Source: Patescibacteria group bacterium (GTDB lineage Bacteria; Patescibacteriota; Microgenomatia; UBA1400; PJMF01). From it: DNA of 64,000 bases. The stretch is taken from positions 69,724 through 133,723 of the forward strand of contig JAHDXH010000002.1 of assembly GCA_023382875.1 (NCBI GenBank). Reading direction: 5' to 3'. Positions 53,726-62,992 of this stretch are shown here, piece after piece (the stretch's first letter is position 1; every line of letters starts with the position of its first letter). Under the pieces are notes generated by a model, which saw only the letters and a list, made by a program, of their open reading frames with translations, had not been told where the DNA came from and searched no databases. A program made the translations under genes and the position numbers.

Positions 53726-54598
53726 CTAGAGCGCGGTTGTGATAATTCCACAGACAGTGAGAATAATGCCTAAACCTTGAACTTTGTTAATTTTTTCGCT
53801 GGAAAAAACCATCGCTAAGCCGACAGTAACAATTGTGAGTGCTGAGGCAATTGGAGTGACGATAATGCCATCGCCATAAGCTTGGCCAAAGCTAGCACTT
53901 AGTACACCAATCGCTTCAAAAATACCAACTGCAGCGATCAAAGCCACAAGTTTTTTATTTGGTTTGCTGATGCTTAAAGATTGTTTTCTAAATTTGGCAA
54001 TTAAAAAAACAACGCCAATAGCGACGAGCTTAACCAAAAAACTGACCAAAATCCAATCGGTTTGTTCAACAATGAATTCATTAACTGGCCAGTAAAAAAT
54101 GCCAAAAATTACTGCAGCGATGAGAGTTTCTTTGACTCCAGTTAAAAGAGCTAGACTGCCTTTTTTCAAATCAATAAAGTTGACGCTGACTAGCAAAATG
54201 CCGAACAAAAGCAGAGCAATGGCGGGAACTTGCAATCTTGATAATTCTTGACCTCTAATGAAAAAAGAAATGGCGATCACAAATAAAACTTGAATATTGA
54301 TTGTCGCGGAGATAACAGAAACATTACCGATTTCAAAGCCTTTATAAAAAAATAAGTAGCCAACTGCATACATAATTCCACAAAAGACAGTCAGGGCCAA
54401 AAGTGGAGCGGAGATAGCGAAGCTACCAGAAACAAAAAACAAGAAAAAGCCCATTAAAAATAAGCCCGCTATTTGGGACCAAAAAAGGGTTTTGTTGTGA
54501 CCAACTTTTTCTGAAGCAGCATTGGCAAAGAAATCAGAAGTTCCCCAACCAACCATGCCGCCCAAGCCACTTAAAATGCTGAGTAAGGTTTTATCCAT
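53726..54598 (-). CDS. EamA/DMT-superfamily transporter (10 TM)
   Basis: Two EamA-like halves (GMVGWGTSDFFANAASEK...; ...GVLSASFGQAYGDG). Confidence 0.7.
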   Translation of the reverse strand: MDKTLLSILSGLGGMVGWGTSDFFANAASEKVGHNKTLFWSQIAGLFLMGFFLFFVSGSFAISAPLLALTVFCGIMYAVGYLFFYKGFEIGNVSVISATINIQVLFVIAISFFIRGQELSRLQVPAIALLLFGILLVSVNFIDLKKGSLALLTGVKETLIAAVIFGIFYWPVNEFIVEQTDWILVSFLVKLVAIGVVFLIAKFRKQSLSISKPNKKLVALIAAVGIFEAIGVLSASFGQAYGDGIIVTPIASALTIVTVGLAMVFSSEKINKVQGLGIILTVCGIITTAL

Positions 54599-54659
54599 AT
54601 TTAAATCTAACTAAGTTAGTTTAACAGATGTTTAATCATGTTAAACTAGATTTATCATT

Positions 54660-55781
54660 ATGTTCAACGAAGCACTTCCACTACCACATCATGAGTCACC
54701 AAAATTACCAAAAGTGCCAGAGGGTCACGTGGAGCTAGAACAACTCAAAGAATTACTGGAAGAACATCGAGAGGAATTGGCGCAATTAGTGGAAAGATCT
54801 AATACTTCGCCATATTTACCACAAGGAGAAAGCGGTCTGGTTGGGGAAGTAAAATTTGTGGTGGATAAAAGATTGGGCAAACAGCAGCCAGTAAGAATTA
54901 TTTCGCTAACTTTTCCTAATGGCAGTACTGCTGAGGTAGTGATGAGACCAACTCAAAGACATTTTTCTGAGTATCAAGAAAAATATGAGGCAGTTAAAAA
55001 ATATTTTCCACAACTGCTTTTGAGTTTGCCTGCACCTGATGGCGATGAGGTTTTATTTTTAGAAAAAATTACAGGTTTGGAACAAAAAACTGATGAAGCT
55101 GGTTGGTATGAATATGTTGGCCATGGTGAAAATTTCAGAAAAACTAATAGTGACTTCTTTAGAATCATGGATGAGGTTTTGGAAGCTCCACTTATTTTGA
55201 ATGATATCCAACCGCAGGAAGGTCATAATGTTTTTTTGAATTCAAAAACTGGAGAAATACAACTTTTTGATGTAGATACTTTGCTTCCATCTGATGAAAG
55301 CCATGAGTGGAAATTTATTGTTTGTGTAGGAGGCATGATTAGCTCAAGTCCTTTTGAAGGTCAATCAAATTTTAAATTGGCTTTTCAATTTGAATTGCTA
55401 AGACAATATTTGGAGAAATACTCTGAAGCTGTTTTTGAAAAAGTAGAAGAACCTCGAACTTTGCGAAGATTGGTTTATCTTAATCCAGATGATGAAATTG
55501 AAAACCCCGATCAATACTTGCGAATTTTAAAGCCAACTGACGGTGACTATGGAAATGTTTTTCGTCAATATTCTGCTGGGGGCACCAGAATGTGGAAGGT
55601 AATGAATTTCGGCAAACCATTGCCAGTAATTGCTGAGCTGCAAATGTTTTCTCGTAAAAAAATGAGATTGCGATCAGACATTAGACAAGCTGTGGAAAAT
55701 GGAGACTTTGTTGGTTTTAGAAATTGCTTGCAAAAAAATATTCAAATCATTGAAGAAGTAGAAGAGAAGGTTGAGCGCTAA
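54660..55781 (+). CDS. hypothetical protein; possible atypical protein-kinase-like fold
   Basis: LILNDIQPQEGHNVFLNSKTGEIQLFDVDT resembles an HxD..N catalytic loop followed by a DFG-like DVD. No Gly-rich loop is identifiable. Confidence 0.3.
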   Translation: MFNEALPLPHHESPKLPKVPEGHVELEQLKELLEEHREELAQLVERSNTSPYLPQGESGLVGEVKFVVDKRLGKQQPVRIISLTFPNGSTAEVVMRPTQRHFSEYQEKYEAVKKYFPQLLLSLPAPDGDEVLFLEKITGLEQKTDEAGWYEYVGHGENFRKTNSDFFRIMDEVLEAPLILNDIQPQEGHNVFLNSKTGEIQLFDVDTLLPSDESHEWKFIVCVGGMISSSPFEGQSNFKLAFQFELLRQYLEKYSEAVFEKVEEPRTLRRLVYLNPDDEIENPDQYLRILKPTDGDYGNVFRQYSAGGTRMWKVMNFGKPLPVIAELQMFSRKKMRLRSDIRQAVENGDFVGFRNCLQKNIQIIEEVEEKVER

Positions 55782-57431
55782 TTAAATTTTCTCTGCGTCT
55801 TTGGTATCGATCAGTTGTTGTGGTGTCATGAAGTAGAGATCGATCATTTTTTGCTTTTGTTCTTCGGTAAGATTTTGTAGTTTTTCTGTTCTGACCATGA
55901 TTTTGGTTTCGCGACCATCAAGTCTCTTGAGTCTTGTATATTCGCGGTCAAGTTTGGGTTTAATAGCTTCATGGAAGCCATTTTCAGAATCGGGATCGAA
56001 CAACACATAAGTTGGCGGATTATTCATGAGCATGGTTTGATAATTAGCTCTAATTTCTGGAGAACGCCACGCCCAAGGAAGATGGAAAAGTTCTTTTCCA
56101 GCAATCGGAACGTCGGCAATGATGTTGATATAGCCAGCGCCATCAGGTCCGGTTAGTAAGGTGTCAGTTGGTTCTTTGAGAACTTTAATAATGTCGGCGG
56201 TAGATTGGAAATCTCCGTAACCGATGAAGTGTTCTTCTAATTTATTTTTCTTTTCCAAAATCCACGGCGAAATTTGACCAATCAAAATTACAGGAATGAT
56301 GAAATAAATTAACATCAGCCAAGTTTTTTTGGATTTCGACCATGACCAAAGTAAGAATTGAGCAATCAACATTCCCCACGCAGCAATGAATGGGTAAAGG
56401 TGAAAGCCGGTATAGAACATGGTGGGAAAGACGAAGACACGATTGTTGAGACTTAAAACTAAGATAAAAAGTAAAAGCCATTTTGACCAGTCACTCAATT
56501 TGCTTTTGTTTGATTTGAGAGCAAAAATTACGCCCAAAACAATTAAAACATTTTGCCAAATAAAGAATTTACCCAAGCTGGTTTCAGCATGAAGGAAGGC
56601 TTGGAAAGGGTAAGTATAAGCAGTGAAGCTGTCTTGCCAAGTTTTGGCACCATGAATATCGACCACATATTTCATGACATTGCGGATACTTTCTTTGTAC
56701 CAGCCAATGGGAGAAACAATAATAAAGACGAATGATAATAAAATAATGTAAGTAGAAGCTAGAGAAATCTTTTGTTCTTTGTCTGAATACCAGGCATAAG
56801 CTAATCCAGAAATAAAAACATATGGCCAAAGCGGTGAGAGTGACATAGTGATCCAAGCTGAAGCTAGGGCAAAAAGTGCTGGATCGACCCAGGATAATTT
56901 CTTTTTTAACCCCAAGTGGTCATCGCTTTTTTGTTTAAAGATTTTTTCAATCAAAAGCCCAAGACTAAGGGCTAGGGCGGGAGCGGCTAAAGTTTCGCCT
57001 AATAAATACCAACCAAAGAATAGGTAAGAGGTACTTGCCAAAATCGCTGAGACAAATAGTCCTCGCCATCTAAATCTCCACGTCAAAACAAAAAGCCAGC
57101 TGGCCATCAAAATAAATAAAGCGACTCTAATTCTCTCTACCAATAAAAATAGAGTGTTGTAAGGAATGAGTTTGGTAATGAGGGCGCCAAGTAAAAATGG
57201 CAAGGGCTGATGATTGACTGACAGATCAGTATAGAGACCTTTATTGTATTTCCACATCATCCAGCCATTGGTGAGATGGTCGGTTTCGTCTTGGAAGTAC
57301 CACGACTGACTATGTTTCTTGAGTCCATAAAAAGTCACCGCCAAAATAACTGCCAAAACAGCGAGGGGTAAAAAATAGCTAATGATTTGGCGTAGTGAAA
57401 ACTTGCCAAATAAAATTGGACGGTCAAACAT
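55782..57431 (-). CDS. GT-C fold membrane glycosyltransferase (ArnT/PMT-like, GT39/GT83-like)
   Basis: About 12 TM helices. First-loop motif FQDETDHLTNGWMMW resembles the DE..H/Y acidic motif of GT-C enzymes. Large C-terminal periplasmic domain. Confidence 0.55.
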   Translation of the reverse strand: MFDRPILFGKFSLRQIISYFLPLAVLAVILAVTFYGLKKHSQSWYFQDETDHLTNGWMMWKYNKGLYTDLSVNHQPLPFLLGALITKLIPYNTLFLLVERIRVALFILMASWLFVLTWRFRWRGLFVSAILASTSYLFFGWYLLGETLAAPALALSLGLLIEKIFKQKSDDHLGLKKKLSWVDPALFALASAWITMSLSPLWPYVFISGLAYAWYSDKEQKISLASTYIILLSFVFIIVSPIGWYKESIRNVMKYVVDIHGAKTWQDSFTAYTYPFQAFLHAETSLGKFFIWQNVLIVLGVIFALKSNKSKLSDWSKWLLLFILVLSLNNRVFVFPTMFYTGFHLYPFIAAWGMLIAQFLLWSWSKSKKTWLMLIYFIIPVILIGQISPWILEKKNKLEEHFIGYGDFQSTADIIKVLKEPTDTLLTGPDGAGYINIIADVPIAGKELFHLPWAWRSPEIRANYQTMLMNNPPTYVLFDPDSENGFHEAIKPKLDREYTRLKRLDGRETKIMVRTEKLQNLTEEQKQKMIDLYFMTPQQLIDTKDAEKI

Positions 57432-57839
57432 TTATCGAGTTGTCTGTAGTTTGTAATGTTCTTTTTTCATGCACTCATCCATGATTACAATCATGCCTGC
57501 TTGCTCGGCTTTGGCTTTTGCTTCTGGTGCAATCACGCCTTCCTGAAGCCAGAGGATGGGTTTGATGTTGAGACTTAAAATTTCATCAACAATTTCCATG
57601 ACGGCTTCTGGTTGACGAAAAACATCAATAATGTCAATTTCTTCTGGGTTGGGAATTTGGGAAAGGCTGGCAAAAGCGGTAAGACCAAAAACTTCTTTGA
57701 TCATGGGATTAACGGGGATAATTTCAAAACCATTTTCCATTAAGTATTTGGATACACCGTGACTGGGTCGAATCGGATTATCAGAAAGACCAATGACGGC
57801 AATTCTTTTGGGAGGGTTCAAAATTTCGGCTTTCGTCAT
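57432..57839 (-). CDS. CoA-binding domain protein (YccU/COG1832 family)
   Basis: IAVIGLSDNPIRPSHGVSKYLMENGFEIIPVNP is the Rossmann CoA-binding motif. Start chosen at MTKAEIL; the ORF track extends to 57893. Confidence 0.7.
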   Translation of the reverse strand: MTKAEILNPPKRIAVIGLSDNPIRPSHGVSKYLMENGFEIIPVNPMIKEVFGLTAFASLSQIPNPEEIDIIDVFRQPEAVMEIVDEILSLNIKPILWLQEGVIAPEAKAKAEQAGMIVIMDECMKKEHYKLQTTR

Positions 57840-57950
57840 GCTGACATTTAAGCAAAAAAGCGAGGTAAGGGCAACCAGACAATAGAAGTTCAATTTTTCG
57901 AGGAGTAAAATAGCAATTTGTTGATGGATATTCTTTGAAGAATGATTAAA

Positions 57951-58023
57951 CGGAGTATAGCGCAGATGGTAGCGCGCAGCGTTCGGGACGCTGAGGCCAT
58001 CGGTTCGAGTCCGATTACTCCGA
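57951..58023 (+). tRNA. tRNA-Pro (anticodon CGG)
   Basis: Acceptor CGGAGTA/TACTCCG, anticodon stem CAGCG/CGCTG with loop TTCGGGA, T-arm ATCGGTTCGAGTCCGAT. Confidence 0.9.
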
Positions 58024-58057
58024 CAAAATTTGCCAAACTTTTTTTTATTTTAAAGCT

Positions 58058-58066
58058 TGGTATAAT
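58058..58066 (+). promoter_or_regulatory. extended -10 promoter TGGTATAAT, 13 nt upstream of tRNA-Gly
   Basis: Identical element and spacing as upstream of tRNA-Leu. Confidence 0.5.
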
Positions 58067-58078
58067 CTAATTCATCTT

Positions 58079-58150
58079 GCGGGTGTAGCTCAACGGTCAG
58101 AGCTCCAGTTTTCCAAACTGGTGACGAGGGTTCGACTCCCTTCACCCGCT
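58079..58150 (+). tRNA. tRNA-Gly (anticodon TCC)
   Basis: Acceptor GCGGGTG/CACCCGC, anticodon stem CCAGT/ACTGG with loop TTTCCAA, T-arm GAGGGTTCGACTCCCTT. Confidence 0.9.
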
Positions 58151-58201
58151 CCCAAACTGATCGATTTGCGCAATATTTCCAACAATTTAAAATGAAATTA
58201 T

Positions 58202-58855
58202 ATGTTGGCCAATCAGCTTCAATTAAATAAAGAGTTTGATCGACAAGTTGAAAATCTCCTTCAAAAGGGTTATCCAGGTTTGGCAAGTCTTAATAATGAT
58301 GATTTTTTGAACATAGTTAAGCCTTTAAAAAAAAGTTTGGAAAATTTAACGTTCGTGCTTCCTCAAATCGATTTAGATAAAGGTACTTTACCTTTTGTTA
58401 TCGTTATTAAAAGTGATTTAATTCCTTCGGAAAATATGATGGAATTAGTCGAAAAAAATGGAAGAAATGGTGTAACTATTTTGCGACCTCATTCCTCCAT
58501 AAATTTCAAAACAATTGATGAGGTAGGTTTGCCTAACAGCAATGCTTACTTACTTATAGATATTGATCGAGGTCAGGAAAATATTAATTTGCCACCCAGC
58601 GAAGCAATGAAGCTGATAAAAAATGCCTCTAGATCGCCACTGACTGTCGATGAGGGAATTGCAATTGTGACGCAATTTCCTGATTTTTTGATTAAGAACA
58701 ACTGTTTTTCTTTATTGGCTTCTAGAACTGGCAGCGACCAGCGAGTTCCGGCTATTTGGATTAATGCGAAAAAAGAACCTAACCTCGGTTGGTGTTGGGA
58801 TGGCAATCCTCATACTTGGTTGGGTTCTGCGTCTTGTAAACAAAGACTGGGTTAA
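58202..58855 (+). CDS. hypothetical protein (217 aa), no recognisable family
   Basis: ORF only. Overlaps the convergent small membrane ORF by 4 nt. Confidence 0.4.
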   Translation: MLANQLQLNKEFDRQVENLLQKGYPGLASLNNDDFLNIVKPLKKSLENLTFVLPQIDLDKGTLPFVIVIKSDLIPSENMMELVEKNGRNGVTILRPHSSINFKTIDEVGLPNSNAYLLIDIDRGQENINLPPSEAMKLIKNASRSPLTVDEGIAIVTQFPDFLIKNNCFSLLASRTGSDQRVPAIWINAKKEPNLGWCWDGNPHTWLGSASCKQRLG

Positions 58856-59166
58856 AAAACAAATTCAACTAATTTCGACACCACATCCACAGCTAGCTCG
58901 GTCCAAACTAATAAAAACAAAGCCACAATTCCTAAAATAAGCATTAGTCTATGAAAAGGATTGGCAAATTTTCTAATTGTTAGATCAATTCCTATGCCAG
59001 CGACAAATAATAATGTTCCCATGATGACAAAATCCATCACACCCCAGTTCCAACTATCGACGGTAAAGTTGCCAAGAAATGCAGCTAATAAAAGAATACT
59101 GACGACTTTACCAACTTTGAACACACTATTTTTTAGTTGATTTGATCCAGCTTTTTTTGTTTTCAT
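58852..59166 (-). CDS. small hypothetical membrane protein (3 TM)
   Basis: 104 aa and hydrophobic. Confidence 0.4.
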   Translation of the reverse strand: MKTKKAGSNQLKNSVFKVGKVVSILLLAAFLGNFTVDSWNWGVMDFVIMGTLLFVAGIGIDLTIRKFANPFHRLMLILGIVALFLLVWTELAVDVVSKLVEFVF

Positions 59167-59220
59167 ATTTAGATTTTAGTATAGCAAATCTTTGTGTAAA
59201 ATAGCCTTATACAAAAAAAT

Positions 59221-59583
59221 ATGAAAACCGAAATTCAATCTGTCGATCAATATATTGGCTCTTTTCCAGAAGAAATCCAAAAAAGGCTGGAGCAAGTGAG
59301 GGCTATCATTAAGTCTGTCGCCCCATTGGCCAAAGAAGCGATTAGTTATGGAATACCTGGTTACAAGTTTCATGGACAACTAATTTACTTTTCTGGTTTC
59401 AAAAGTCATATTGGCCTTTATCCTATGTCTGATCAAATGGTAGAAGCTATTCCTGAGGTGGCTCAGTTTAGAACTTCCAAGGGGACAGCACAGTTCAAGC
59501 ACGATCAGCCACTCCCACTCGAGCTAGTCAAAAAGATTGTCAAATTCCGTTTGGAGGAAAATTTAGCCAAGGCTAAGAGCTAG
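59221..59583 (+). CDS. DUF1801 (YdhG/YdeI-like) domain protein
   Basis: SVDQYIGSFPEEIQKRLEQVRAIIKSVAPLAKEAISYGIPGYKFHGQLIYFSGFKSHIGLYP matches the DUF1801 pattern. Confidence 0.55.
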   Translation: MKTEIQSVDQYIGSFPEEIQKRLEQVRAIIKSVAPLAKEAISYGIPGYKFHGQLIYFSGFKSHIGLYPMSDQMVEAIPEVAQFRTSKGTAQFKHDQPLPLELVKKIVKFRLEENLAKAKS

Positions 59584-59659
59584 TCTTATTTAGCTCGAGG
59601 TTGTAAAATTGCCCCTGCTAGATAGCAACCGACTTTGACGAAGACGTCAGAGACAATTG

Positions 59660-59735
59660 GCCAGAGTAACTCAGTTGGTAGAGTAGCGGTATCGTAAACC
59701 GCAAGTCGCGGGTTCGATCCCCGCCTCTGGCTCCA
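59660..59735 (+). tRNA. tRNA-Thr (anticodon CGT), CCA encoded
   Basis: Acceptor GCCAGAG/CTCTGGC, D-arm ACTCAGTTGGTAGAGT, anticodon stem GCGGT/ACCGC with loop ATCGTAA, T-arm GCGGGTTCGATCCCCGC. Confidence 0.85.
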
Positions 59736-59796
59736 GATTAAAATAAGCCTTTTTCTTCCGCCAACTTTGGCATTCATCTGTTAGAATCAAGCTACT

Positions 59797-60348
59797 ATGT
59801 ACAACTTCTCAGACGTTACTCAAAAATTCGAAAAAACTATTGCCCATCTCCAACAAGAGCTTGGTAGCTTGAGGACAGGCAAGGCTACACCCTCACTCTT
59901 GGACTCAGTTTTGGTCGATGCTTATGGCACTAAAATGCGGGTCAATGAATTGGCTAATGTTTCGGCACCAGATCCAAATATGTTGATTGTTTCTCCATGG
60001 GACAAGTCTCTTTTGGAAACACTGGAAAAATCTATTGCTTCAGCTTCTTTAAACCTTAATCCAATTGTTGATGGCGATATGATTAGAATTGTCGTCCCAG
60101 CTTTGACCGAAGAGAGACGCAAAGAAATGGTTAAAGTTTTACATCAAAAAATCGAAGGTGGAAAAGTCATGCTTCGCAATATTCGCACTGATGCTAAAAA
60201 AGAAATTGAAGATCAAGATGGATCAGAGGGTGTGAGTGAAGACGATATTAAAGCTGAAATCGAAGAGCTCGATAAAATGGTTAAAGAATACATGGTGAAA
60301 CTTGATGAGCTCGCTAAGAAAAAAGAAACAGACCTCATGACGGTCTAA
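59797..60348 (+). CDS. frr: ribosome recycling factor
   Basis: Full-length RRF pattern (SLRTGKATPSLLDSVLVDAYG...LNLNPIVDGDMIRIVVPALTEERRKEMVK). An extended -10 TGTTAGAAT lies upstream. Confidence 0.95.
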   Translation: MYNFSDVTQKFEKTIAHLQQELGSLRTGKATPSLLDSVLVDAYGTKMRVNELANVSAPDPNMLIVSPWDKSLLETLEKSIASASLNLNPIVDGDMIRIVVPALTEERRKEMVKVLHQKIEGGKVMLRNIRTDAKKEIEDQDGSEGVSEDDIKAEIEELDKMVKEYMVKLDELAKKKETDLMTV

Positions 60349-60358
60349 AATCTAAAGT

Positions 60359-61498
60359 ATGCCGCTAATTTTGCAAATTATTATCTTTGTTTTGGTGTTG
60401 TCCTTTTTGGTGATTATTCACGAATTGGGTCATCTTTTTGCGGCCAAATGGGCCAAGATTAAAGTTGAAGAATTTGGCGTTGGTTATCCACCACGAGCAT
60501 TTAAGCTTTTTTCTTGGGGCAAAATTATCTTTTCCCTCAACTGGATTCCAGTTGGCGGTTTTGTCAAAATGCTAGGTGAAGAAGGACCAGAGGATGAAGC
60601 TAATCAAAAAGGTGAAGATGAAGATGGTTTGGCACCATTTTATAAAAGATCTAGGAAAAAAAGATTGGTAGTGATTTTAGCCGGTGTGGCTGTTAATTTA
60701 CTCTTTGGACTTCTCGCTTTTGCTTTAATTTTCTTTATTAAAGGTATTCCGACTCCGATTGAAGGCGCTCGCATTGGCTTGATTGCTCCCAATTCACCTG
60801 CGGCAAATGCTGGCATGATTGTGGAGAGTCAAATTACACAGTTGGCTTTCAAAGAAGAAACCAAAGAGGTAAAAACAGCTCGAGATGCAAGTGAGTTCAT
60901 TAATGCCCACAAAGGTAATGAAGTGGTTGTTACCACCACTTTGGCTTGTGAGAGCACTAAATGTCCAAGTGAAACAAAGCAATTTGTAGTTAAGTTAAGA
61001 ACCGATGAAGAAATTCCTCAAGGTGAAGGTTCGTTGGGCATTGGTTTCACTGACTTTGTTTATGTTCATTACCCATGGTATGAAATGCCATTTAGAAGTA
61101 TGTGGTTTGGTGTCAATCAAGCTTTGTTTATGGTGTTGATGATCGTGATGGCCTTGGTGACCATGGTGGGTCAACTCTTTAGTGGAGTAGTTCCCCAGGA
61201 TGTGGCTGGGCCAATTGGTATCATTGATCAGGCGGCTAGCAGCGGTTTGTTTTCTGAAGGATTTTTGGCAATTTTAAATTTTGCTGCCATGATTTCTATT
61301 AATTTAGCAGTTATGAATCTCTTACCAATTCCTGCGCTTGATGGGGGCAGAGCCTTGTTCATTTTCCTGGAAAAATTTTTGGGCAAAAAGAAAGTCAATA
61401 AAATTGAGGGTTATGCAAATTATGGTGGAATGATTCTCTTGCTTCTCTTAATTGTCCTTATTACAATTGCCGATGTCACGAAAATTATTCGCCGCTAA
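60359..61498 (+). CDS. rseP: RseP-like site-2 protease (M50 zinc metalloprotease with PDZ domain)
   Basis: HELGH in TM1 (IIHELGHLFAAKW), a PDZ-like middle region, and a C-terminal LDGG motif (NLLPIPALDGGR). Confidence 0.85.
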   Translation: MPLILQIIIFVLVLSFLVIIHELGHLFAAKWAKIKVEEFGVGYPPRAFKLFSWGKIIFSLNWIPVGGFVKMLGEEGPEDEANQKGEDEDGLAPFYKRSRKKRLVVILAGVAVNLLFGLLAFALIFFIKGIPTPIEGARIGLIAPNSPAANAGMIVESQITQLAFKEETKEVKTARDASEFINAHKGNEVVVTTTLACESTKCPSETKQFVVKLRTDEEIPQGEGSLGIGFTDFVYVHYPWYEMPFRSMWFGVNQALFMVLMIVMALVTMVGQLFSGVVPQDVAGPIGIIDQAASSGLFSEGFLAILNFAAMISINLAVMNLLPIPALDGGRALFIFLEKFLGKKKVNKIEGYANYGGMILLLLLIVLITIADVTKIIRR

Positions 61499-61752
61499 TG
61501 TCTATTAAAAGAACGCGCAAGCAAAAACAACAAGCTGAAATGCGTCATGAGTCAGTTTTAACTTACTCTTTGAAAGACATCGGAGATGGTCAAAAAACGA
61601 AGGAAGTTGTTTTACAAAAGCAAAAAGCAGAAGCTCAGCAACTCAAAGAAATCTTTGATCCATCATTTATTAAAAAGGATTTACTCAAAACTTTCTTAGT
61701 GACGGCGCTGGTGTCAGGAGTTTTGATCGCGTATACTTTCTATCAGCGTTAA
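61498..61752 (+). CDS. small hypothetical tail-anchored membrane protein
   Basis: 84 aa with Lys/Gln-rich N-terminus and a C-terminal TM helix. Coupled to the rseP stop. Confidence 0.35.
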   Translation: MSIKRTRKQKQQAEMRHESVLTYSLKDIGDGQKTKEVVLQKQKAEAQQLKEIFDPSFIKKDLLKTFLVTALVSGVLIAYTFYQR

Positions 61753-61763
61753 ATTTTTAAATT

Positions 61764-62960
61764 ATGCAAAAGAAAAGTCTCATCTTATTCGCAATTTTAT
61801 ATTTGGTTTCAGCTGTTGGTTCTTACGCTGGTTTCAAAGCTGTTTTTAAAGATGGGACTACTGGCCCTGTTGGCGGACAACAAGAGCAAACCGGTGACGG
61901 CGAAACACTTTTGTCACAACTTTTAACAATCGATCCTTCCGAACCAAAAGATCAAGTCTGTCCATTGAACGGTAAGTTTTACACCAATACAGAAAAAATG
62001 GCTTGGGAAAAGAAACGTCCTTTGGCTGTCATGATCGAAAATACCCCAGACTCCAGACCACAATCTGGTATGTCACAAGCTGATGTAGTTTTTGAAGCTA
62101 TCGCTGAGGGTGGTGTAACTCGTTTTATGGGCTTGTTCTATTGTGACGTTCAAAGAAACGACACTACTTTAGCTCCAATTCGTTCCGCTAGAACTTACTT
62201 CATTGATTATGCATCTGGCTTCAACTTGCCACTTTATGTTCACGTTGGTGGTGCTAACGTCCCTGGACCAACCGATGCCCTTGGCCAGCTTGGTGATTAT
62301 GGTTGGAATGGTCAAAATGACCTCAACCAGTTCTCAATTGGTTATCCAACTTTCGTTCGTGACTACAATCGTATTCCTGGTAAAGAAATTGCCACTGAGC
62401 ACACCATGGTGACTTCCACTGAAAAATTATGGGAAGTTGGTACTGAAAGAGGTTGGACAAATATGTCTCCAGACCGCAAAGTTGGTAAAAACGTTGTCGC
62501 TGGTACTGATTGGAAAGCTGGATTCACTGGTTGGAAATTTGAAGATAAGCCAGGTGAAACAGGCACAGTTAACAAAATTTCATTTGAATTCTGGACAGGT
62601 TATTCTGACTATGGTGTCAGTTGGGACTTTGACCCAGCTACCAAAACCTACTTAAGAACTCACGGTGGCGAAAAGCATCTTGATATGAACAATGATAAGC
62701 AAGTTGCTGCCTCTAATGTGATTGTGCTTTTGACTACTGAAAAAGGACCAATCAACGAAAAGAAACACATGCTTTATACCACCACTGGTACAGGCGATGC
62801 TTTGCTCTTCAAAAATGGTCAAGCTATGGAAGTTACTTGGTCAAAAAAGACTAGAACTGATGAGCTTCAATTCAAAGACAGTAAAGGTAAAGACATTGAA
62901 TTAGCTCGTGGTTTAACCTGGATCAGCATTGTCAGTGACGACACCAAAGTTAACTATTGA
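61764..62960 (+). CDS. DUF3048 family protein (YerB-like, signal-anchored/lipoprotein-like)
   Basis: PLAVMIENTPDSRPQSGMSQADVVFEAIAEGGVTRFMGLF resembles the DUF3048 N-terminal core. N-terminal signal/TM. Confidence 0.6.
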   Translation: MQKKSLILFAILYLVSAVGSYAGFKAVFKDGTTGPVGGQQEQTGDGETLLSQLLTIDPSEPKDQVCPLNGKFYTNTEKMAWEKKRPLAVMIENTPDSRPQSGMSQADVVFEAIAEGGVTRFMGLFYCDVQRNDTTLAPIRSARTYFIDYASGFNLPLYVHVGGANVPGPTDALGQLGDYGWNGQNDLNQFSIGYPTFVRDYNRIPGKEIATEHTMVTSTEKLWEVGTERGWTNMSPDRKVGKNVVAGTDWKAGFTGWKFEDKPGETGTVNKISFEFWTGYSDYGVSWDFDPATKTYLRTHGGEKHLDMNNDKQVAASNVIVLLTTEKGPINEKKHMLYTTTGTGDALLFKNGQAMEVTWSKKTRTDELQFKDSKGKDIELARGLTWISIVSDDTKVNY

Positions 62961-62992
62961 GCAAATTTGGTATTCAAATTAGAATCAGGTCA

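Noticed and set aside
51906-53730. Calling the tRNA-Pro-associated island a mobile element, prophage or integrative element
   Set aside because: No integrase, recombinase, transposase or phage gene is present, and the region is only about 1.6 kb. It is reported as an att-like scar plus a horizontally acquired islet.
58050-58286. 78-aa minus-strand ORF
   Set aside because: Covers tRNA-Gly(TCC) on the opposite strand.
58202-58855. Possible 2H phosphoesterase or RNA-ligase-like protein (one HxS/T motif: RPHSSI)
   Set aside because: Only one of the two required H-x-T/S motifs is present, so it is kept as hypothetical.
59586-59777. 63-aa minus-strand ORF
   Set aside because: Covers tRNA-Thr(CGT) on the opposite strand.
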